In this document: positions 48,710 through 60,251 of the stretch, piece by piece
Layout of the letters: each line of letters starts with the position of its first letter
Position numbering within the stretch: the stretch's first letter is position 1
NCBI RefSeq assembly: GCF_006345805.1
Contig: NC_043001.1
Location: 62,434,001-62,498,000, forward strand
Source of the DNA: Octopus sinensis
Lineage: Eukaryota
Direction: 5' to 3'
Length of the DNA stretch: 64,000 bases
The notes under the pieces: model-generated
The model's database searches: none
What the model was told of the DNA's origin: nothing
Seen by the model: only the letters and a program-made list of their open reading frames with translations
Program-made: the position numbers and the translations under genes

Positions 48710-50964
48710 CACATATGATTGAGACCTGAAAAGTAGCTATGTATTGTTGGATTAAAGAAATATTAATTTTTGATTATCGATTTTGATATTGTAGATTCAT
48801 ACACATAGTCACGAAACACGTGTCGTCATTTTAATGTGTATTTTTAATGTACATTATTAGTATAGAAATTATTAGCACGATATTAATAATAAAGCCGTTT
48901 TAATGTGTAGAAATGTTTAGTACAACGTTAATAATAATATATTTAAATTAATATAATATCTTTCAGTATTAATTGAATTACTTTATGGAGGTTCTATCTC
49001 TTAATTCTAAGCAACAGGATATTAAGAAGTAATGCAGTACAGCTGCTTCAAGCAGCTCCATTTAACTGAACAATGCAATCATTACATCAATTTAAATGCA
49101 GGGCTATCATCAGCTACATAAATAAATAAATACAATTTTTAATCAGTTGGACACATTGATATAATTTTACTCAAATGCTCTAATAGAGCAAGAAGAGAGA
49201 AAGAGTCCATGTTGCCACTAAGAATATACTACACTTCTAAGAAATGTATGAAGTTTGTAGGGGTCATAGCTTGTAAAGGATTGTGGTTCATTTTTGATTT
49301 ATTAGTCATTTTATCAACTACCAAATGTAAGACTAAAGGACTGTGTCTGTTTAGAATTTAGGGTAGGAGTGAGTTGACAGCACATAGCTGAGTATGGTCA
49401 TATATATTGTCAAGATTTCTAGGATTAGTATAAAGTAACTGTCTATAAAGGAGGCTGGGTAGGGGAAGACACCAAATCAAGATGTCATTTACCAGTTAAA
49501 GGGGTAAAATGTTAATAAAACCTATAATGTTAATACACAGGAAATTATCATGGGGTACTATAGGTAATTGTATATAAACAAAATTATGTTGTATAAAGAT
49601 AAGACTTAAGCTTATTAAAAATGATATCATAATTAAAATAGATAAAATGTGTATATATACCAATTTTCAACATTAGAAAGGGAAGATTACATAGAATTAG
49701 TTTAATATTCATTCATGTACTTAATTATTTACTTGTTAGATGGTTTCAATAAAGATTGCTCTGGGTATTTACTTATGGAATACTAGGGCGATAAATCATG
49801 CTATAATTATAAGCTATGAATCAGAAGAAAAAAAAAGGAAAAAAAAAGAATAAGTTGTGTACAGATACATACACATATTTAACTATGTGCACACATGCAA
49901 ATATACACAAATACTTATACTTTATTATGGATATGTTACAACCAACTCTCATAGACTTACGCAACGAGAAAGTTTATATCACTACTTAAGAACAGTAACA
50001 ACTTATAAGGGATAAGAGGTTAATAGGTAAATATATCAAAATAAGAAAACAAAATAATAAGAAATTATAGAGAATAGTAAGAAAATATATATAACCTACA
50101 TTCTAAAGAGACAGAGTATTAATATTTGAGGTAGGGGAAAGATAAAGATAACCTCACAGAAGAAGCAAGAGGTATGGTAGTATTGAGGGCAGTAGGAAAT
50201 ATTCAGACCAATAAGTTATAAAGTTACCTTTGCAATTTACTATTACATACATGATTTTATAGTTTCACAGGGGTATATAATTAGGAGGCTTACTTACATA
50301 AAAACAATTATAAAATACATAATATGTTAGTAGGGTAGAACATCACACAAAGGAAGAAATAGTTTGATTACCAAAAACATGATGAAGTCCGACTAACTAG
50401 GCAGGATTATTCATAGGATAGTAATTACATGTAGCATACCACATACCATACCATATAGCTTATAACATATGCAATGCACTTTAATTCATCATATTACTCA
50501 ATATCCCATGATTTTATTATAATACTAGGAGGTAAGTTCACATCAGATACTACACTAAAAATTAATTTCCCTCATCCAGGTTCAAGTATAGCACCTTTAA
50601 ATGCTAATTTTAAAAATATTTAAATGTATGGGTGACACTATGTACACAAGATACCCTATTATATATATATATATATATATAATAGAAATATGTTACAGAA
50701 AGAAAATAGATACTACACGTGGTAATGTAAGGGGAAAGTAAGAAAAATAAACGAAAATGCACATTGTAAATCAAAATAAGTAAAGGCTTTTTATGAAAAG
50801 TAACGAAAGATATATAAATTTAGATGAACTGAGGTAGGAATAAAAGTAATAAAAGTCATTATTGTGAATTGTTAAAGAGATTCAAGTGTACTGGTTTTGT
50901 AAGTTGCCTTGAATACAACTATTCATTGCTTTGAATGCACATATATATATATGGATATACATAC

Positions 50965-51027
<63 letters not shown>

Positions 51028-52069
51028 TTTGATAGGTTTCGGCCATTATTGGCCCAGGCCATGTCTAACTTAATAGCACCACCAATATATATATATATAT
51101 ATTGATAAAACGGTAAGATAACAAAAGAAAGAAAGAGACCTCAATATATAAAAATATAAAAATACATAAAAATATATAAAAATATATAAAAATATATAAA
51201 TTCTTCTTGGGACATAACACAGAAAGCATGTTCTATCTGTTTTCTTTAGGGGACCAAAAACGTAACAGAAATTTAGTCACATGTGGGCATGATCCGAAAA
51301 GCTCTGTCCTTGTATTTAGACATGTGGTAGGGTCTAAGCTGCTTTTCCAGATAAGCCATCTCTCCATGTCGCATAAACCGCACCTTCCGCTGCCGTTAGT
51401 ATAGGGCTTACATCTGGCCAAAATCTTCCATTGTATGTTATAATCGACACCTTTATCTCTTAAAGACCAAATATGATTGGATAATTGTGTCGCTTTTCTT
51501 TTGTTCCAGTGCCTAAAGCTCAAAGTGTGGTTATTGAACCTGGCCTTGAAATTACACTCTGTCAGGCCCACGTATTTCTTCGTCGAAACAGTGTCTTTAG
51601 TGGTTATAGAGTAGCTTCATATATGATGGTCTTGGACATGCAAGCTCCATTTAGCGGGCACAATTCTTTATTCCTGCATGAACAGCTGTTTTCTTCTTGT
51701 GTTTTTTGTATGTTATGATTGATTATGTTTTTAAAATTGGTAGTTGAACTAAAACTAATTTTTAAATTGTCTATTGAAGAGTTTCCTATAAGCATGGTTA
51801 ACTGGAAAATGTCTATCTATCAGTGCTAGGAAATATTTACCTATATTGAAGGCCACCTCGAGTGAGTAAGGGGGCGTAAACCAGATGACCTTCCTATTTC
51901 TATTCTTCCTTTTCCTTACTGTTGGTCTAGTGATAGGTGTATATTTTATTTTTTCGCTAAAACCACTATCTTTTAAAGCTTTATTATAAACTGGGGCAAC
52001 GCTATTGAAGATGTCCTCATTAGATGAGAGGCTAGAAATCCTCTTACTAATATTTTTAACTAAATTTTT
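48710..52069 (-). mobile_element. 5'-truncated Penelope-like element (RT C-terminus, GIY-YIG, about 2.1-kb AT-rich region, hammerhead)
   Basis: ORFs 51755-52114 (RKVIWFTPPYS), 51604-51795 (CSCRNKELCPLNGAC...IIYEA), 51233-51571 (RFNNH..SFR...QLSNHIW.L...CGLC). Linkage to the 49033 ribozyme is inferred. Confidence 0.75.
49033..49118 (-). ncRNA. Degenerate type I hammerhead with 57-nt stem II
   Basis: Minus: TGTAG CTGATGA TAGC..CATTTAA...TTAAATG..GCTT GAAG CAGCTG TA CTGCA. GAAA has become GAAG. Confidence 0.7.
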
Positions 52070-54478
52070 AACAGAAATCGTTTTATTGCATTCTACACGT
52101 GTTTCGAAAGGCACAATTTACCAAATTCCGATTGAATAAGGAGACCATATTGTGTCTTTCTCTTCAGGAAGAAATAGGAAATCCGTTGGAAAAAACAAAA
52201 ACAGAACAGAGGCGAAGCAAAACAAATCGAACGTGGCTCCTAAGAGCCCATGGCCAAACTGTTTATCAATGTATGTTGAAAACTGGTGGTGGGTGCGTTG
52301 AAGGTTTTAACGGGTCAGGCAGCGGTCATTCCGGTGGGTGGGGGCATGGGGTGCTTAGATGTTCTTTGTGACCGAGACTAAAGTTCTGACTATTTAAAGA
52401 ATATTACGTGTATTATATGGGGCGAGACAAAATCTACTTAGAAACATGTGTGTGTGTACTGTTCTATGTGTTTGTATGTGCGTTTGATCACGTGGCCGTC
52501 AGTTGGTAAACAGCCCTACACAATGGTCACTGCTGTAAAATCCGTCGGGTGGCAGAAAGAAATTTTTTATGTGTGCGTGTGTTCGTCTAAACCTGCCTTG
52601 TCAAAGAAACCCCCCGTCGTCAAGACAAACCACCATTCGTCTCCCAGGAGTAATTCCCCTTGCAATGGTTAATCATATTTCTCTTAAAAGTTTTTCAGAA
52701 TTTATTTCCAAGGGCTATTTTCATATAAGTAGTGCAACCGGGTGCAGGTATTATTTATAAGCGTTATTTATAAGCAAGATAAGTGTAACGCCGCCAGTGG
52801 GGGCATCGAAAAGCCGACTGTAAAAGTCCGTTTACCATCCGGTCTCTGGCGAACAATATATGGAAGAGTTCGGAGACACAAAGGTTGCACTTCCTTCTGC
52901 CCCTGTCAAATGGGAGGGCCACCGACAAAATTGACCATTCCAGGCTGTAGCTTGAGTTCGTATTCTTCAATTGCCACATTAGCTTGCTAAGTCCCGTGGT
53001 CTGGCATTTATTCACGTCTCGAAAAGTTGCGTAATGGTTGGAGATTCGTGAGGACAATCTTGACGATGAGGCCCCGACATAAGAGTAGACATCTGAGTCC
53101 GTGTAAACCTTACATTGGTAGACGGCGTTTCTGATCTTGGAGTTCACCGACGTGAACCTTATTCTATTAGGATTAGTTTCTGAAATTAGAACTGCGTTAC
53201 TGTTACTATATTTGTTGCGAGAACTGCAGCCGCTTACTACTTTATTTTCCACTACGTCACTATTAACTAACGGAATAACCCCTGATTCTACACTATCACT
53301 CAGAGTGCTGTCATCGCTAGTGCCCGTGGTGCTGCTATTGCCGGAAACGATGCTGGAGTTGCTATTGGGACTCTCTACCCTAGCGAGCCGAGCTGCGCTC
53401 ACCTCACTACTGCCATCGCTACCGTCAATGACATCACCCTTATTTATAACTATACCCCTAGTATATAATCCCTGGTTGGAGCTGAGATTATGAGTCACTG
53501 TACTGGCTCTCATATCATTATTACTACTATTATTATTCCTACTGAGCGTTAAACCGGGAGCGGAAGAAGCTGTGCCTCCGGAAAAAGGTGGTAGGGTCTT
53601 AGTAAGCAGCCTATTATTATGGGAGGCGACTATCTGGGCGAGGTTTTTAGTGTTGGAGAAAGCTATCCTAACTTTATGCGAATTAACCGTGGAGTAATAT
53701 TTGGAACTTCTGGGGAAGTTATTGGCGATGGCTTGTCGAAACATGAGGGGGAGGTTAGTTCTAATCTGCTTACCAAAGGGAATTACAAACCATATATGCT
53801 TGTTCCTATTTATGTGATGGGTGGGTGATTCTCGGATGAATAACGGGTTTTGGGTTAGTGTGAGATCCCCTGGACCGATAATTATCCTTGTTCGCTAAAT
53901 TAAATGCGGGAGCGACTGCCCCAGCACCCGCCGCGCTCCCGTCACTGCTTAAATTATTAATGTTATTATAGACGGCCCTATCCTGATGACCGAATGATGG
54001 CATCGGAAGGGCCGGATCAATATAAATTACCTTCTGCCTATAACCGGCCTTGGATAGTGCGGCGTTATAAAATTCCGCTTTCTGCATAAAAATATCGGCA
54101 CTAGCGGACAAGCCAGACAATCTTAGAGAGATGTTTTTAACCAAATTGTCTGTTACGGTTTTGGCATGATTGGAGAAGACACTGACATACTTCAAATTAG
54201 TGGAAGGCTTATGGTAAGGGCAGTATGAGTCGCTATTAAGGTTAAGTGTAACGTGTAGGAAATTTGCCTTGGTGAGTTCATTATCAAAAACTATATTCAT
54301 GCCCATTCTATTAAAAAACCTAGCTAACCTGCTCTTAGTTTTCTGCACTATTCTGTTCGTGGAGTTTTGCAGGTAAAACAGACAATCGTCACGATACAGG
54401 CCGCCCGCGATCTCCGGGAATTGGTCGGACAATTCGTAGAGAATATATATTCCGACCAAATCGGCTATCTGCGCACTA
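52070..54478 (-). mobile_element. Inverted copy of the 3' 2.4 kb of the adjacent Penelope element
   Basis: Reverse complement of 55263-57696 with a few substitutions, a 26-nt deletion and a 1-nt indel. ORFs 53806-54459 and 52764-53744. Confidence 0.95.
52091..52170 (-). ncRNA. Type I hammerhead (mirror of 57596-57675)
   Basis: Exact reverse complement. Confidence 0.85.
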
Positions 54479-55355
54479 AAACATTGGATACGCCGCCACC
54501 AAACCCAAGACTGAAGAAGTTTGAGGACGACTTGTCGGACATAGTTAGAAAGATTAAGTTCAGGAAGTCACCCAGGAGAAATGCCCACCTCAGATACCTA
54601 GATAAAATTACCAAGGACATTAATAGAACGGACAGAGTCCTGGTCCAGTCCGACAAGACCAGGAACACATACAAGCTACCCATTAAGCAGTACCTAGATT
54701 TACTCGGTAAAGAGATCAAGAAAAATTATAGAACAACCAATTGGAGTACCCTGAGGAAGGTAAACTTGGAAATTAAGGAAATAATGTTGAAACACGGAAT
54801 TCAAATGAGAACGCAGCTGCTTAGCCCTAAGCAACCTAGATTCATAGTGAAGGACTATAAACCGAACTTCCACACCAACCCAGCGCTAAGACTCATATGC
54901 CCTGATAGCTCTGATATCGGGATAATCAGTAAGTACATTTTAGATAAATATATCCCTAGTTTAGTAAACAAACTGAAGCTCAGCCTCTGGGCCAACTCCT
55001 CGCAGGTAGTGAAGTGGTTCTCTTCCATCCCCAATAAGAACCGTACTAGGTTCATCCAGTTTGATATCGCCAGCTTCTACCCCTCGATTAACCCTAGTGT
55101 ACTAAATAAGGCCCTTTGGCACGCTCACAACAAGGCTGGCCTCACCAGAGAAGAAATAGATATCATTTTAGTTGCCAGGAAATCGTTTATTAAGTTTGAT
55201 AATAAGTTGTGGATCCGTAAAGATACTCCCAATGAATTTGATGTGCCTATGGGTAGTTCGGATAGTGCGCAGATAGCCGATTTGGTCGGAATATATATTC
55301 TCTACGAATTGTCCGACCAATTCCCGGAGATCGCGGGCGGCCTGTATCGTGACGA

Positions 55356-57002
55356 TTGTCTGTTTTACCTGCAAACACCACGAACAGAATAGTGCAGAAA
55401 ACTAAGAGCAGGTTAGCTAGGTTTTTTAATAGAATGGGCATGAATATAGTTTTTGATAATGAACTCACCAAGGCAAATTTCCTACACGTTACACTTAACC
55501 TTAATAGCGACTCATACTGCCCTTACCATAAGCCTTCCACTAATTTGAAGTATGTCAGTGTCTTCTCCAATCATGCCAAAACCGTAACAGACAATTTGGT
55601 TAAAAACATCTCTCTAAGATTGTCTGGCTTGTCCGCTAGTGCCGATATTTTTATGCAGAAAGCGGAATTTTATAACGCCGCACTATCCAAGGCCGGTTAT
55701 AGGCAGAAGGTAATTTATATTGATCCGGCCCTTCCGATGCCATCATTCGGTCATCAGGATAGGGCCGTCTATAATAACATTAATAATTTAAGCAGTGACG
55801 GGAGCGCGGCGGGTGCTGGGGCAGTCGCTCCCGCATTTAATTTAGCGAACAAGGATAATTATCGGTCCGGGGGATCTCACACTAACCCAAAACCCGTTAT
55901 TCATCCGAGAATCACCCACCCGAATGCGAGAGCTGGCGTCCCGACCCATCACATAAATAGGAACAAGCATATATGGTTTGTAATTCCCTTTGGTAAGCAG
56001 ATTAGAACTAACCTCCCCCTCATGTTTCGACAAGCCATCGCCAATAACTTCCCCAGAAGTTCCAAATATTACTCCACGGTTAATTCGCATAAAGTTAGGA
56101 TAGCTTTCTCCAACACTAAAAACCTCGCCCAGATAGTCGCATCCCATAATAATAGGCTGCTTACTAAGACCCTACCACCTTTTTCCGGAGGCACAGCTTC
56201 TTCCGCTCCCGGTTTAACGCTCAGTAGGAATAATAATAGTAGTAATAATGATATGAGAGCCAGTACAGTGACTCATAATCTCAGCTCCAACCAGGGATTA
56301 TATACTAGGGGTATAGTTATAAATAAGGGTGATGTCATTGATGGTAGCGATGGCAGTAGTGAGGTGAGCGCAGCTCGGCTCGCTAGGGTAGAGAGTCCCA
56401 ATAGCAACTCCAGCATCGTTTCCGGCAATAGCAGCACCACGGGCACTAGCGATGACAGCACTCTGAGTGATAGTGTAGAATCAGGGGTTATTCCGTTAGT
56501 TAATAGTGACGTAGTGGAAAATAAAGTAGTAAGCGGCTGCAGTTCTCGCAACAAATATAGTAACAGTAACGCAATTCTAATTTCAGAAACTAATCCTAAT
56601 AGAATAAGGTTCACGTCGGTGAACTCCAAGATCAGAAACGCCGTCTACCAATGTAAGGTTTACACGGACTCAGATGTCTACTCTTATGTCGGGGCCTCAT
56701 CGTCAAGATTGTCCTCACGAATCTCCAACCATTACGCAACTTTTCGAGACGTGAATAAATGCCAGACCACGGGACTTAGCAAGCTAATGTGGCAATTGAA
56801 GAATACGAACTCAAGCTACAGCCTGGAATGGTCAATTTTGTCGGTGGCCCTCCCATTTGACAGGGGCAGAAGGAAGTGCAACCTTTGTGTCTCCGAACTC
56901 TTCCATATATTGTTCGCCAGAGACCGGATGGTAAACGGACTTTTACAGTCGGCTTTTCGATGCCCCCACTGGCGGCGTTACACTTATCTTGCTTATAAAT
57001 AA
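55356..57002 (+). CDS. Penelope RT C-terminus, Ser/Asn-rich linker and GIY-YIG endonuclease
   Basis: 548-aa open frame; motifs as above. Confidence 0.9.
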   Translation: MSVLPANTTNRIVQKTKSRLARFFNRMGMNIVFDNELTKANFLHVTLNLNSDSYCPYHKPSTNLKYVSVFSNHAKTVTDNLVKNISLRLSGLSASADIFMQKAEFYNAALSKAGYRQKVIYIDPALPMPSFGHQDRAVYNNINNLSSDGSAAGAGAVAPAFNLANKDNYRSGGSHTNPKPVIHPRITHPNARAGVPTHHINRNKHIWFVIPFGKQIRTNLPLMFRQAIANNFPRSSKYYSTVNSHKVRIAFSNTKNLAQIVASHNNRLLTKTLPPFSGGTASSAPGLTLSRNNNSSNNDMRASTVTHNLSSNQGLYTRGIVINKGDVIDGSDGSSEVSAARLARVESPNSNSSIVSGNSSTTGTSDDSTLSDSVESGVIPLVNSDVVENKVVSGCSSRNKYSNSNAILISETNPNRIRFTSVNSKIRNAVYQCKVYTDSDVYSYVGASSSRLSSRISNHYATFRDVNKCQTTGLSKLMWQLKNTNSSYSLEWSILSVALPFDRGRRKCNLCVSELFHILFARDRMVNGLLQSAFRCPHWRRYTYLAYK

Positions 57003-57595
57003 CGCTTATAAATAATACCTGCACCCGGTTACACTACTTATATGAAAATAGCCCTTGGAAATAAATTCTGAAAAACTTTTAAGAGAAATATGATTAACCA
57101 TTGCAAGGGGAATTACTCCTGGGAGACGAATGGTGGTTTGTCTTGACGACGGGGGGTTTCTTTGAAAAGGCAGGTTTAGACGAACACACGCACACATAAA
57201 AAATTTCTTTCTGCCACCCGACGGATTTTACAGCAGTGACCATTGTGTAGGGCTGTTTACCAACTGACGGCCACGTGATCAAACGCACATACAAACACAT
57301 AGAACAGTACACACACACATGTTTCTAAGTAGATTTTGTCTCGCCCCATATAATACACGTAATATTCTTTAAATAGTCAGAACTTTAGTCTCGGTCACAA
57401 AGAACATCTAAGCACCCCATGCCCCCACCCACCGGAATGACCGCTGCCTGACCCGTTAAAACCTTCAACGCACCCACCACCAGTTTTCAACATACATTGA
57501 TAAACAGTTTGGCCATGGGCTCTTAGGAGCCGCGTTCGATTTGTTTTGCTCCGCCTCTGTTCTGTTTTTGTTTTTTCCAACGGATTTCCTATTTC

Positions 57596-57675
57596 TTCCT
57601 GAAGAGAAAGACACAATATGGTCTCCTTATTCAATCGGAATTTGGTAAATTGTGCCTTTCGAAACACGTGTAGAA
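57596..57675 (+). ncRNA. Type I hammerhead ribozyme with 55-nt stem II
   Basis: TTC CTGAAGA GAAAG a CACAAT...ATTGTG c CTTTC GAAA CACGTG TA GAA; GUA triplet (cut after 57672). Confidence 0.88.
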
Positions 57676-57892
57676 TGCAATAAAACGATTTCTGTTCAAT
57701 CTTCGTTCAACTCCATTTCTTCAATTCACTAATAATATTTAAATTTCAATTATCCGCCCCAACGCACGGTTGCAACACCATATGGTTGTACCTCCAACCG
57801 TGCTGTCTTCTGCTGTGATTTTTGCTACCAAGGTATCGGTTAAACTTTTGATTAATCTGCAACAAGATTATTCATCTTTCTATTTCACAAAT

Positions 57893-57944
<52 letters not shown>

Positions 57945-57949
57945 AAGAC

Positions 57950-58560
57950 ACCATCCGAAGACCCGGCGACGTAGACAGTCCACCTATGCATACCTTCCTT
58001 CTTGTGACACTTGTGAAGACTGTTGAGGCAAGTGAAAATCAAATCAAATCAAATCAAATCAAATCAAAACAAATCAAAATAGATGAACATAAATGGAATT
58101 TGTATCTTTGTGGTACCAGTGCCGGTGGCACACAAGAAAATCATCCGAACGTGGCCGTAGCCAGTACCCGCATAGACTGGCCTCCGTGCTTTGGGGACGT
58201 AACAAACACCATCCGATCGTGGCCGTCCGCCAGCCTCATCTGGCACCTGTGTCGGTGGCACATAAAAACACCATCCGAGCGTGGCCGTCTGCCAGCCTCG
58301 TCTGGCACCTGTGTCGGTGGCACATAAAAACACCATCCGAGCGTGGCCGTTCGCCAGCCTCGTCTGGCACCTGTGGTCGGTGGCACATAAAATCACCCAC
58401 TACACTCTCGGAGTGGTTGGCGTTAGGAAGGGCATCCAGCTGTAGAAACACTGCCAGATCTGACTGGCCTGGTGCAGCCTTCGGGCTCCCCAGACCCCAG
58501 TTGAACCGTCCAACCCATGCTAGCATGGAAAACGGACGCTAAATGATGATGATGATGATG
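57950..58560 (+). mobile_element. RTE 3' fragment with minisatellite
   Basis: Matches 43530-44405; ends (ATG)n. Confidence 0.9.
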
Positions 58561-58971
58561 ATAATATATATATATATTATATATATATATATACATAATA
58601 TATACATATATATAATATATATATATACATATATTACATATATATATATATATATATACATATATATATACATATATATATATACATATATTATATACAT
58701 ATATATATATATATATATATAATATATATAATATATAATATATATATACATATATATAATATATATACATATATATATATATATACATATATATATTATA
58801 TATATATATTATATATATATAATACATATATATATATACATATACATATATATATATATACATATATAATATACATATATAGAGATATATATACATATAT
58901 ATATACATATATATATATACATATATATACATATATATATATATACATATATATACATATTATATATATAC

Positions 58972-59004
<33 letters not shown>

Positions 59005-59059
59005 CACATATATATACATATATAATACACATATATATAACATATATATATATATATAC

Positions 59060-59096
<37 letters not shown>

Positions 59097-59147
59097 TATA
59101 TATATATACTATATATTATATATATACATATATATAATATATATACA

Positions 59148-59225
<78 letters not shown>

Positions 59226-59346
59226 CATATATATAATATATAATATACATATATATAATATATATACTATATATACATATATATATATACATATATATCA
59301 TATATATATATACATATATATATTATACATATATAATATATATTAC

Positions 59347-59385
<39 letters not shown>

Positions 59386-59603
59386 CATATATATATAATA
59401 TATATAACAATATATAATATATATATAATATATATATATATACATTATATACATATATTATATATATAATATATATACATATATACATATATATATATAC
59501 ATATATATAATTATATATACATATTATATACTATATAATATATATATATACATATATATATATAATATATCATATACATATATATATATATACATATATA
59601 GAC

Positions 59604-59658
<55 letters not shown>

Positions 59659-59664
59659 CCTTAC

Positions 59665-59700
<36 letters not shown>
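58560..59700. repeat. (TA)n/TATACA microsatellite
   Basis: Direct reading. Confidence 0.95.
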
Positions 59701-59702
<2 letters not shown>

Positions 59703-59787
59703 GTAGGTCCCGGGTTGATTCGGGTTAACCACAGTAAATAAGGTACTCAATACATAGTAGAGTAAAATTAATTTATTATATAGAAGG

Positions 59788-59838
59788 AGCTTCTACAGGA
59801 CTAGAACTGTTTCATTCAAGAGAAATCTTCAGGAAGCT
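59788..59838 (-). ncRNA. Type I hammerhead (mirror of 60127-60177)
   Basis: Exact reverse complement. Confidence 0.8.
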
Positions 59839-60126
59839 AGTTAACAAGAATTGTATTGGCATTTATACATTTAGGCAGGTTTAAAGGGGTGTTGGTGGGG
59901 GACTTTTTGGGGGTAGGCATAGCGCAAAATATCATACTTGGGGGAGTGGTCAAGGAGTCAGTGTTAAATTAGATAGAAGAATAAATAAAAAAAATATATA
60001 AAAAAAAATATATATATAAAAAAATATATAAAGATATTTTGCGCTATACCTACCCCCAAAAAGTCCCCCACCAACACCCCTTTAACCTGCCTAAATGTAT
60101 AAATGCCAATACAATTCTTGTTAACT

Positions 60127-60177
60127 AGCTTCCTGAAGATTTCTCTTGAATGAAACAGTTCTAGTCCTGTAGAAGCT
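60127..60177 (+). ncRNA. Type I hammerhead ribozyme
   Basis: Stem I AGCTTC/GAAGCT, CTGAAGA, stem II (U.U)TTC/GAA, GAAA, stem III CAG/CTG with CTAG-containing loop, GUA triplet (cut after 60171). Confidence 0.8.
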
Positions 60178-60188
60178 CCTTCTATATA

Positions 60189-60223
<35 letters not shown>

Positions 60224-60251
60224 CATATATATATACATATATATATATATA

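Larger units (their letters stand above)
54479..57890 (+). mobile_element. Penelope-like element, 5'-truncated (RT plus GIY-YIG)
   Basis: LVQSDKTRN, RLICP, QFDIASFYPSI, VPMGSSDSAQIADLVG, GLYRDD, KANFLHVTL, VYQC...YVGAS...RISNHYATFR...CNLCVSE. One frameshift at about 55375. Right boundary approximate. Confidence 0.95.
59702..60194. mobile_element. Non-coding PLE-end-like element with about 163-bp inverted arms
   Basis: Arms 59771-59933 and 60033-60194 (about 2 differences), 99-bp spacer, one hammerhead per arm. Confidence 0.85.

Noticed and set aside
51025-51065. Minus-strand GGCC-aataat-GGCC GAAAC hammerhead-like remnant
   Set aside because: CUGANGA and stem III/UH are absent.
53980-54015. 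CTGATGA CCGA...TCGG in the Penelope arm
   Set aside because: Antisense of coding sequence and lacks GAAA and stem III; chance match.
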